Below, piece by piece: positions 38,433 through 46,156 of a stretch of DNA of 64,000 nucleotides. Location of the stretch: the NCBI GenBank assembly GCA_964552565.1, contig CAZKGL010000001.1, positions 499,061 through 563,060 of the forward strand. Reading direction: 5' to 3'. Each line of letters opens with the position of its first letter. Position 1 is the stretch's first letter. Under the pieces are notes generated by a model. The model was given only the letters and a program-made list of their open reading frames with translations. It searched no databases and was not told where the DNA came from. Made by a program: the position numbers and the translations under genes. The DNA comes from an uncultured Gammaproteobacteria bacterium (GTDB lineage: Bacteria; Patescibacteriota; Patescibacteriia; UBA9934).

Positions 38433-38783
38433 TTAGAGCTCCGTATATTTCTTGTGGTTGCCGTAGGACTTGTCGACGGGATACTTCAGTGCGGCCTTCT
38501 CGAGCTTTGCCGGCAACGCGGTCGCAAGGTCGATGTCGAGGTCATGCGCAAGGAGCAGCACCCAGTACAACACGTCCGCGAGTTCGTCCGCGACGTCTTC
38601 TTTGTGTGTCGCAAGATACTGGGCGAGTTCGTCACCATTCTTCCACTGGAAGTGCTCGAGGAACTCACTCGCCTCGAGGTTCAGCGAGATGGCGCAGTCT
38701 TTGGGGTTGTGGAACTGCTTCCAGTTGCGCGCCTCGCGGAAATCGATGAGGCGTTGCGTCAGCTCGTGGATGATGTCGCTCAT
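38433..38783 (-). CDS. MazG-like nucleotide pyrophosphohydrolase
   Basis: EASEFLEHF...ELADVLYWVLLLAHDL EExxE/ExxD motifs. Confidence 0.7.
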   Translation of the reverse strand: MSDIIHELTQRLIDFREARNWKQFHNPKDCAISLNLEASEFLEHFQWKNGDELAQYLATHKEDVADELADVLYWVLLLAHDLDIDLATALPAKLEKAALKYPVDKSYGNHKKYTEL

Positions 38784-39310
38784 AGGATGTGGAGGGCGTT
38801 CGCCTGGCGGCGGAGTACGCGGTAGTTCGGGATCGCCTTTGCGACGAGCGCCCAGAACTGCGCCGAGTGGTTGAAGGCGCCGATATGGCAGAGTTCGTGG
38901 ACGACGAGATAATCCTGCAACGGTTGGGGCAAAAAGACAATGCGGTAGTTAAAGGAGAGGTCGCCGCGGCGGTTGCAGCTTCCCCAGCGGGAGCGCTGGT
39001 TGCGGATGCCGACCTTGCCGACCCGGAAACCGTACATGGGCTGGAAATGCCCTAAACGCGCCGTCACCAGCGCCAGGGCGGCCTTTTTGTGCGCCGCGTA
39101 CTCCTCCGGGGTCCCATCGCCGGCACCGCGGCGCGGCAACGCCGCAAGCGTTGCTTGCGTCTGCGCGATCCATGGCGCCTTTTCGCACACAAACGCGTCG
39201 ATCACGCGGAGGCTTACGCGATATGGCGCAGTCACCGACACCGTCCCGTCGACGCGGACGCGAATCCGGATGCTGCGGGAACGGCGCATTTTGCGGACCG
39301 TGTATTCCAT
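38780..39310 (-). CDS. DUF45/WLM-type zinc metallohydrolase (YgjP-like, R-M associated)
   Basis: HExxH in LVVHELCHIGAFNHS; start at internal Met MEYTVRKMRRSRSIRIRV; overlaps MazG-like by 4 nt. Confidence 0.7.
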   Translation of the reverse strand: MEYTVRKMRRSRSIRIRVRVDGTVSVTAPYRVSLRVIDAFVCEKAPWIAQTQATLAALPRRGAGDGTPEEYAAHKKAALALVTARLGHFQPMYGFRVGKVGIRNQRSRWGSCNRRGDLSFNYRIVFLPQPLQDYLVVHELCHIGAFNHSAQFWALVAKAIPNYRVLRRQANALHIL

Positions 39311-39334
39311 GGGCAAAATAGTAGCACAATCCAC

Positions 39335-39362
39335 ATTGACGGATGCGCTGAGATCGGTATAC
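39335..39362 (+). promoter_or_regulatory. sigma70-like promoter TTGACG-16-TATACT
   Basis: read directly; ~50 nt upstream of small PA-rich ORF. Confidence 0.5.
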
Positions 39363-39412
39363 TTCCGGTGGTCTTTGCGAAGGCCGCCTCGTTTATTCTT
39401 AACACCATCACT

Positions 39413-39538
39413 ATGATGAACGACGGCGAGAACACCATGGCCCCGGCAATGGATCCGGGTACCCCGGCTCCGGCTCCGGCCGAACCGGAAGCTCCGGCAG
39501 AAGAAACGGCTCCCGCAGAGGAGACCCCGGCGGCGTAA
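39413..39538 (+). CDS. 41-aa Pro/Ala/Glu-rich peptide (MMNDGENTMAPAMDPGTPAPAPAEPEAPAEETAPAEETPAA)
   Basis: own promoter and intrinsic terminator; opposite strand to flanking genes. Confidence 0.4.
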   Translation: MMNDGENTMAPAMDPGTPAPAPAEPEAPAEETAPAEETPAA

Positions 39539-39556
39539 TGCCTTCGAACAAAAAAA

Positions 39557-39575
39557 CCGCGCATGCGGTTTTTTT
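39557..39575. terminator. bidirectional intrinsic terminator (CCGCGCATGCGG + T7 / A7)
   Basis: hairpin flanked by A-run and T-run between convergent ORFs. Confidence 0.7.
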
Positions 39576-39576
39576 G

Positions 39577-39828
39577 TTATCCCTTCACGAAAAATGCCGC
39601 GGCGAACGCCCCAAACACCAGGGTATAGCACACGACGAGCGCCAAGAGCCATGGCCGGACGCCGCGGCCGCCCATGCGCGCCTTGATGCCGAAAACGACG
39701 CCAGCGGCAGCAAGAAACCCTGCGCTAAGGAGAAACAGGCCTATCCAGAGCATAGCCGCCCCATTTTCCCATTCATGCACAGGAGCTGTCCAGAAAACCC
39801 TTGCAATTGCTGAGGTATTGCCGGACAA
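39577..39828 (-). CDS. small 2-TM membrane protein
   Basis: 83 aa hydrophobic. Confidence 0.4.
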   Translation of the reverse strand: MSGNTSAIARVFWTAPVHEWENGAAMLWIGLFLLSAGFLAAAGVVFGIKARMGGRGVRPWLLALVVCYTLVFGAFAAAFFVKG

Positions 39829-39841
39829 TAAAGGCAGTTAA

Positions 39842-40117
39842 TTGCTTAATGCAACGCATATGGTCTGGGGAAAAATCAAGGAGGCGCTCGGTTGGGGCGA
39901 GCCGAAAAAGGCAGGGACGGAAATCCGGGCGAACGTCGGCATGGATACCAAGCAGTACGAGGCGGGGATGGGCATGAGCGGCCCGGAATGGGAAGCAAAG
40001 GAAGCGGCAGAGGCGAAGGCGCCGGAAGTGGCGGCGGAAAAGCTCGCGGAGCTTTCTGCGGAGGACGACGATAAGACCGAAGAGGTAGAAATGCCCCACA
40101 CCGGCACCAATGGCTAA
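39842..40117 (+). CDS. hypothetical 91-aa acidic protein upstream of SPFH gene
   Basis: co-directional with SPFH protein, 45-nt gap. Confidence 0.4.
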   Translation: MLNATHMVWGKIKEALGWGEPKKAGTEIRANVGMDTKQYEAGMGMSGPEWEAKEAAEAKAPEVAAEKLAELSAEDDDKTEEVEMPHTGTNG

Positions 40118-40162
40118 GCCCAGATTTGACGGGAGCCCCGCTCCCGTCTTTGATAGCCCTAT

Positions 40163-40897
40163 ATGTATTATTTCCTCATAGTCCTCTTCATCCTGTTCCT
40201 TGCCACGCTCCGCCAGGTCAACCAGTACGAACGCGGCGTGAAGTTCACCATGGGCCGCTACACCGGCCTTGTGAACCCAGGCTGGCGCATGGTCATCCCC
40301 GTGTTCCAGTTCATGCGCAAAGTCGACATGCGCCTCAAGGCCGTCGACGTCCCGCCGCAAGACGCGATTACCAAGGACAACGTCTCGGTGAAGGTGAACG
40401 CGGTCATCTACTACAAAATCATTGACGCGCCGAAGTCGGTGCTTGAAGTCGAGCACATCCATTGGGCAGTGCTCCAGCTGGCACAGACGACGATGCGCAA
40501 CGTGGTCGGCGAAGTCATGCTGAACGACCTCCTCTCGCAGCGCCAGCAGCTCTCCGAGCGCATCGAGCAACTCGTCGACGAGCAGACGGCCGGCTGGGGC
40601 GTCGAAGTGGCGACCGCGGAACTCAAGGACATCAACCTGCCGCCGGACATGATCCGCACCATCGCGAAGACCGCGGAGGCGGAACGCGAACGCCAGGCGG
40701 TCATCATCAATTCGGAAGGCGAAGTCATCGCCGCGGAAAACTTGGCGAAGGCCGCAGGCATCCTCGCCGCGAACCCGGGCGCGCTGCACCTGCGTACGCT
40801 CAACTCCATCAACGACATCTCGAGCGACCAGTCGAACACGGTCGTCTTCACGGTGCCGCTCGAAATCCTCAAGGCGTTCGAGGGATTCAAGAAATAA
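40163..40897 (+). CDS. SPFH/band-7 (stomatin/HflK-like) membrane protein
   Basis: N-terminal TM, band-7 core, coiled coil. Confidence 0.8.
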   Translation: MYYFLIVLFILFLATLRQVNQYERGVKFTMGRYTGLVNPGWRMVIPVFQFMRKVDMRLKAVDVPPQDAITKDNVSVKVNAVIYYKIIDAPKSVLEVEHIHWAVLQLAQTTMRNVVGEVMLNDLLSQRQQLSERIEQLVDEQTAGWGVEVATAELKDINLPPDMIRTIAKTAEAERERQAVIINSEGEVIAAENLAKAAGILAANPGALHLRTLNSINDISSDQSNTVVFTVPLEILKAFEGFKK

Positions 40898-40905
40898 CCC
40901 CCTAG

Positions 40906-40962
40906 CCCCCATAAATGGGGGTAGCCTCGGGGAAGCCAAACCCCCTCCATTTATGGAGGGGG
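40906..40962. terminator. twin hairpins CCCCCATAAATGGGGG / CCCCCTCCATTTATGGAGGGGG between convergent genes
   Basis: read directly after SPFH stop. Confidence 0.6.
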
Positions 40963-40973
40963 CTCGGGGGTGG

Positions 40974-41325
40974 TCAATGCTCACTCCACAAGAGAAGAAG
41001 GCGCGACGCAAAGCCGCCCTTCTTTTCTTTTTGGGCTTGGCAGATTTCCAAAAACTCTTCGCGCGTCACGCCAAGCGCAAGCAACAGCCCGTCGATGACG
41101 GCTTCGACATCGGCAAGTTCGCGAAGCGCGTCCTCGCGGCCGTCCGCAGTGGCGGCCTCCGCGGCTTCTTCCTGCAGCTTCTGCCGGAGCTGCGCGACAA
41201 ACTGGGCGTCGTCGACAATCACGTCGGTCGCAAACGTGACGCCCTTCGCGCGCATCACCTCCGGCACCTTGTCGCGGATGAGCTTGTTATATACCACCCT
41301 TCCTGCCGGATATTGTTTGTCCATA
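40974..41325 (-). CDS. MazG/HisE-like NTP pyrophosphohydrolase
   Basis: all-alpha EAAEAA...ELADVEAVIDGL motif; start at internal Met MDKQYPAG. Confidence 0.55.
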
Positions 41326-41334
41326 CATGAGGGG

Positions 41335-41428
41335 CCGGGTGACGCCGAGCAGGTCCCCTGCTTGGGCGCGCAGACGAGTCCGACGAGTCGAGCACCCAAC
41401 AGGGTGCGAAGGCGGCAGGACCCGGCCG
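41335..41428. repeat. family-A repeat, copy A (fills cls-mazG intergenic gap)
   Basis: GCCGGGTGACGCCGAGCAGGTCCCCTGCTTGGGCGCGCAG...GAGCACCCAACAGGGTGCGAAGGCGGCAGGACCCGGCC. Confidence 0.65.
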
Positions 41429-41429
41429 G

Positions 41430-42707
41430 TTAGAATTGTTCGGCAAACAATGCCGCAAACGCCTCTTTGCATCGCCACCACCACGAGCGCTTCTTCCAGG
41501 ATGTGAGCGTTACTTCCTTGGCGCGGCGCAGGTCGCGGGCGAACGCGTCACCTAACCGCTTCGCCAACCCGGTGTCAAGCATGGCAATGACGTTCTCCTC
41601 GTTGAGCTCTTTGCTGCGCACATCGATGTTCGCGCTGCCGACGACCGACCACGCGCCGTCGACGACGACAAATTTGCTGTGCACCATGGTCGGCTGGAAC
41701 TCGTAAATGCGGACGCCGTCCTTCAGCATCTCCTCGTAGTAATACCGCCCGGCCCACAACACCGGCGGGACGTCGATGTGTTCGTTCGGCACGATGACGC
41801 GCACCTCGACCCCTTCGCGCGCTTTTGCACGGAGCGCGGCGCGGATGTGGTGGTCCGGGACGAAGTACGGGTTTTCGATGCTGATGCGTTTCGTCGCGCC
41901 CATAAACGACAGCCAGAACAGCGTGCGGATGGGATGGATATCGTCGGTCGGCGCGGAGGCGACGCTCAAAAACGGCACGCTCCCCTTCTCCGCCCGCCGC
42001 GGGTAATAGGCGTCGCCCACAAGGATCTCCCCGGTCGCCGAGGTCCACATTTGCACGAACGCCGCTTGGAGCCGCAGCGCCATGACGCCGGTCGTCTGCA
42101 CCATCATGTCGCGCCAATGCTCCGGGTTTTCCGCATTCCCCGACCACTCGTCGCCGATCGACACGCCGCCCGTGTATGCCACCGTTCCGTCAATGACGAT
42201 GGAGCGCCGGTGGTTGCGGCGGTGGTAGCGCGAGAGTTTGCCGAACTCGAACTTGCGGAACCATGCGACGTGGCCGCCCGCGGCCTCAAGCGTGATGAAC
42301 TTGTCTTCGGGCGCAAGGATGCCGCCCATGCTGTCCAAGAAAACGCGGACCTCCACGCCCTCATGCGCCTTCGCGGTCAAGATCTCGAGCAATTGGTCCG
42401 ACAGCTTCCCGTCCTTCCAAATAAACGTCATGACGTGGATGTGGTGCGTCGCCGCGCGCATCGCGGCGAACATGGACGCGAAAATTTCATTGCCGTTGTT
42501 CAGCACGTCGACCGGCGACCCCATGTCGACCGCCGTCCCCGTGAGCGCGGACAGCGCCGCGAGGAACTGCGGCGACCCTACGACGACGTCGTCCGTGCAC
42601 GTCAATTCATTAGGCCGCTTGCCCCACGACGCAAACAGGGTGACCAGCACATAAGCCAGTACCCACGCCCCGACGATAATTGCCAACACGACCCACCACG
42701 CGCCCAT
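41430..42707 (-). CDS. cls: cardiolipin synthase (two PLD/HKD domains)
   Basis: N-terminal TMs; two HxK(x4)D motifs (HVMTFIWKDGK..., HSKFVVVDGAWSVVGSANID). Confidence 0.8.
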   Translation of the reverse strand: MGAWWVVLAIIVGAWVLAYVLVTLFASWGKRPNELTCTDDVVVGSPQFLAALSALTGTAVDMGSPVDVLNNGNEIFASMFAAMRAATHHIHVMTFIWKDGKLSDQLLEILTAKAHEGVEVRVFLDSMGGILAPEDKFITLEAAGGHVAWFRKFEFGKLSRYHRRNHRRSIVIDGTVAYTGGVSIGDEWSGNAENPEHWRDMMVQTTGVMALRLQAAFVQMWTSATGEILVGDAYYPRRAEKGSVPFLSVASAPTDDIHPIRTLFWLSFMGATKRISIENPYFVPDHHIRAALRAKAREGVEVRVIVPNEHIDVPPVLWAGRYYYEEMLKDGVRIYEFQPTMVHSKFVVVDGAWSVVGSANIDVRSKELNEENVIAMLDTGLAKRLGDAFARDLRRAKEVTLTSWKKRSWWWRCKEAFAALFAEQF

Positions 42708-42730
42708 AGTACAGTGGTCATCTCACGTTT

Positions 42731-43111
42731 TTATGGTTCTGTCACCTGCGTCACCGCAAACGGGCTGAGGGTGACCGTGGCACGCATGGACCGCGTCATG
42801 CTCTGGTCCGTCAGCGACACCACGACCTCGCGCTGGCCCGCGACCGGCGTCGTCACCGTAAGCGCACAGGTCGCGTCCCCGGTCGTCACGGAGGCCGGCG
42901 CGAAATCGTTGTCCTTCTGCAACTGGATCAGCACCTCCTCGAGGCAGCCGGACGCCTTGGCCCGGACGGTCTGGGCGATGCGCGTTTCGTTCGCGTCGAC
43001 GAAGCTGTTGATGCTGCCGCGCACCAGCACGGCGAGCGCGCCTAAACTCACGCTCCCGAGGATGAGCACGATGAACAGCATGGCGATGCCGCGTTGATGG
43101 TGCGTACGCAT
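42731..43111 (-). CDS. minor pilin/pseudopilin-like protein
   Basis: N-terminal hydrophobic prepilin-like helix (QRGIAMLFIVLILG); lacks Glu+5. Confidence 0.5.
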   Translation of the reverse strand: MRTHHQRGIAMLFIVLILGSVSLGALAVLVRGSINSFVDANETRIAQTVRAKASGCLEEVLIQLQKDNDFAPASVTTGDATCALTVTTPVAGQREVVVSLTDQSMTRSMRATVTLSPFAVTQVTEP

Positions 43112-43112
43112 A

Positions 43113-43676
43113 TCAATTCTCGATCGTGTGGGGTGAAAGGGCGATGGTGGTGTCGCCACTGAAGGTCGCGGAGCGGAGCGCGTCGGTCGTCGGCGCGACC
43201 ATCGCCGTGTCGAGGCTGATCCTGAGCCCGGTCAAGATGCCCGAGGAGTCGCGCACGGTCGACACCTGCCACGTCGTCACGTCGATCTCGCCATCCGTCA
43301 GCCATACCGCGGGACCCGCGCCGGTCTGCATGCGCAACCGCCGGACGTTCTGCGTCCCGCCCGGGAACGACACCGCGACCGTCGGGCAGTCGATCACCAC
43401 GGTCGTCCCGCTGGCGTCCTGGAAACGCAGCGTACTCGGATTCGCGCCGAGCGTGGACGTGCTCGTCGTCACGGCGTCCGAGGCAGTGAGTGCGATCTGG
43501 AGTTCGGAAAACACCATGCCCGCCGTCTGCTCCATGCGCGTCCGCGCGTCAAACAACAGCTCCTCGCCATGCAGCTGCAACACAAACGTCACCATGCTCG
43601 GCAAGATAATCATCATGAGGCCGATATACAGCACGGTTTCGAGGAGCGTGATGCCGTGGAGAGTCGGGCGGCGCAT
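43113..43676 (-). CDS. type IV minor pilin (prepilin-type N-terminus)
   Basis: G-ITLLE-TVLYIGLMMII class-III signal with Glu+5. Confidence 0.65.
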   Translation of the reverse strand: MRRPTLHGITLLETVLYIGLMMIILPSMVTFVLQLHGEELLFDARTRMEQTAGMVFSELQIALTASDAVTTSTSTLGANPSTLRFQDASGTTVVIDCPTVAVSFPGGTQNVRRLRMQTGAGPAVWLTDGEIDVTTWQVSTVRDSSGILTGLRISLDTAMVAPTTDALRSATFSGDTTIALSPHTIEN

Positions 43677-43677
43677 A

Positions 43678-44541
43678 TTAGTCGGGACAGAATTCCGGCG
43701 AGGTCCACGATGACGCGTCGGTAAACGTCACCGTCATCGTCAAACAGGTGTCTTCCATGTTGATGTCGAACTGCCCCTTGTTCACTTCGCCGGTGCCGCC
43801 GGGAGGGACGGTGAAATCCTGGATGTCCATCTGTTCGCCGGACGTCAGGTTATGGAGCGGCGTCCCCGGCCCGGACGACGACCATACCTTCGTCGTGTCC
43901 ATAAAGAGCTGGCTCATGGTCGCGCCGTTCGTCCACGTGAACGCGATCGTGTTGACGGTCGCGGCGTTCCCGCCGGTATTCGTAAACCACAGGTCGCGCA
44001 ACTGCTTGCCGCCGCTCCATTCCGCGCCCTCGACCGCCCAGGTGACCGACGTCGCCATCGTCGCGCCGAAACAGCTCCCCTGCGGGTCGTCCCAGCGGGT
44101 GCGGAGCGCGCGGCTCGTCACGGTATGGCTGCGACCCGCGACATCGGTCCACGTCACGTCGCTCACCAACATGCGGCTGTCGTCGTCTACCGTGCCGCCG
44201 CTCGCCACCACAAGGCAGCCGGCGTCGCGCTGCACCGTCTGTACCCGCACGGTGCGCGTCATGCCGTCCGGCAGCGCCTGCGGACCGGACGTGCCGAGCG
44301 TCCATCGCCCGCTTGCAAAGGTCAACGAGCCGGTTTCCGTCGTCGTCAGATCGGCGAAGGCGATCGTCTGCAGCGCGGCAAGCCCCTCGTTCATGTTCCA
44401 GACGGCGCGCGTGATCTCTTCGGCGCGGTCGCTGGACGAATTCGCGGCGATGGCGAGGGTGACGAGACCGCCCAAATACGCCGCCGCAATACCGACGACG
44501 ACCAACGCTTCCAAGATGACTGCGCCTTTCGGGATCCGCAT
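43678..44541 (-). CDS. type IV pilin-like protein, 287 aa
   Basis: KG-AVILE-ALVVVGIAAAY prepilin N-terminus. Confidence 0.6.
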   Translation of the reverse strand: MRIPKGAVILEALVVVGIAAAYLGGLVTLAIAANSSSDRAEEITRAVWNMNEGLAALQTIAFADLTTTETGSLTFASGRWTLGTSGPQALPDGMTRTVRVQTVQRDAGCLVVASGGTVDDDSRMLVSDVTWTDVAGRSHTVTSRALRTRWDDPQGSCFGATMATSVTWAVEGAEWSGGKQLRDLWFTNTGGNAATVNTIAFTWTNGATMSQLFMDTTKVWSSSGPGTPLHNLTSGEQMDIQDFTVPPGGTGEVNKGQFDINMEDTCLTMTVTFTDASSWTSPEFCPD

Positions 44542-44542
44542 A

Positions 44543-45043
44543 TTATCGTACGGGAATACCGTTGCTCCCGACCGTCACCGTGCTTGACGCGCCGAACCAT
44601 TCGAGCGCGAGCGAGCCGTATTGCGCCGTCGTGCCGGTGTGCGTCACAAAGACGACCTCGTGGCTGTTCGACATGTCCGGGGCGCCGCCACTGAAGTCGA
44701 CCGACGTGAAGCGGATGTCGGGGCTCACGCTGAGGACGATATCCTTGCTCGTGTCGCGCGTCGCGTAGCTCGCGCCGGAAAACACGGTGATGGACGACGT
44801 GACCCGCGTGACCTCGTCATACGGGATGTACACGCCCCACGACGTGCCGGAGTGGCCGTTGCGCGCCCGGCGCGCCGCGAGCGCGACGGCGTTGACCACC
44901 TCGCGGTCCGTCGCCACCGTTGCGGCCGCGATTTGGAAACGCGAGAACGCGAAGGCGGACATCGCAAAGACGGCGAGGAGGATCCCCACGACGATGACGA
45001 CTTCGATGAGGGTGATGCCGCGCGGCACATTAAATCGTTCCAA
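44543..45043 (-). CDS. type IV minor pilin
   Basis: RG-ITLIE-VVIVVGILLAVF prepilin signature. Confidence 0.7.
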   Translation of the reverse strand: MERFNVPRGITLIEVVIVVGILLAVFAMSAFAFSRFQIAAATVATDREVVNAVALAARRARNGHSGTSWGVYIPYDEVTRVTSSITVFSGASYATRDTSKDIVLSVSPDIRFTSVDFSGGAPDMSNSHEVVFVTHTGTTAQYGSLALEWFGASSTVTVGSNGIPVR

Positions 45044-46154
45044 TAACCTTATAAATCGGCGTGATGATGGAGAACGCGAGCACGCCGACCATGACGCCGA
45101 TCAGCACGATAAGGAGCGGCTCGAGCAGCGTCGTCGCGTTCTTCGTCGCTTCGTCGACCTCCTGTTCGTAAAAGCCCGCAAGGTAGATACACATGTCGCC
45201 GAGCGTCCCCGTCTCCTCGCCGACGCGGATAAGCCGGAGCGCAATCGGCGGCACAAGGCGCGGCGACCCCGCGAGCGCGTCGGCGATGGTGCTGCCGTGC
45301 GCGATGGTCGTCAGCACCTTCTCGAACAACCGCTGGTAGTGGACGTTTTTCATGACCGAGATCGTCACGGGCAGCGCGTCGTTGATGGGCATGCCGCTCC
45401 CCAGCAGCGTGCCGAGGAGGCGGGTGCAGCGCGCAAGGTTCGCGTTCCGCGCAATCGTCCCGACGACGGGGAACCGGAGCGTCACCCAGTGCGTGAACGG
45501 CTTCACGAACGGCAGGGTGCGCAGGAACATGAACCCGACGGACGCGGCGATGAGGAGGACAAGGAGCAGCGGCCCATGGTTGCCGATGATGCCGGAGATC
45601 CACAAGAGCGCGACGGTCGTGGGCGGCAGCGGGACGTCGAGCGAATCGAAGAGCTTCGTGATATTCGGCAGGATAAACACGACAATGCCGGTCGTCACAA
45701 GGACGGCAGAGACGAGCACGATCGACGGGTACATCATCGCGCCGCGGATCTTTTGGCGCAGCTCGTGCTCCTTCTGCATCTGCCCGGCGAGCTGTTCGAA
45801 GTTCCCCTGCAGCGTGCCGGACGCTTCGCCGGCGCGGATGAGGTTGACGTAGATGCTCGAAAAGATGTGCGGGAAGTCCTCGAGGCCGTCGGCGAGCGTC
45901 TTGCCGCTCGTCACCGCCGCCTTCAGCGAACTGAGCACGGTCTTCAGCGGCCCCTTCGCCTGTTGCAAGAGGATATCGAGCGCGTCGTCGATCGGAAGCC
46001 CGGAACGCAAGAGCACGGAGAGATACTTGGTGAGGAGCAGCTGTTCGGTGTGCGACAGGCGGACCTGGAGCCGGGTCACCAACGAAACCCTGCGCCGGCC
46101 GGGGGCCGTCGCGAGCTTCTTTTCTGCGGGTTGTGCGGCAACGGCTTCCCCCAT
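45030..46154 (-). CDS. pilC: type IV pilus assembly platform protein PilC/GspF
   Basis: duplicated GspF domains, 3 TM; start at internal Met MGEAVAAQ (ATGA overlap with pilB). Confidence 0.8.
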   Translation of the reverse strand: MGEAVAAQPAEKKLATAPGRRRVSLVTRLQVRLSHTEQLLLTKYLSVLLRSGLPIDDALDILLQQAKGPLKTVLSSLKAAVTSGKTLADGLEDFPHIFSSIYVNLIRAGEASGTLQGNFEQLAGQMQKEHELRQKIRGAMMYPSIVLVSAVLVTTGIVVFILPNITKLFDSLDVPLPPTTVALLWISGIIGNHGPLLLVLLIAASVGFMFLRTLPFVKPFTHWVTLRFPVVGTIARNANLARCTRLLGTLLGSGMPINDALPVTISVMKNVHYQRLFEKVLTTIAHGSTIADALAGSPRLVPPIALRLIRVGEETGTLGDMCIYLAGFYEQEVDEATKNATTLLEPLLIVLIGVMVGVLAFSIITPIYKVIGTI

Positions 46155-46156
46155 AG

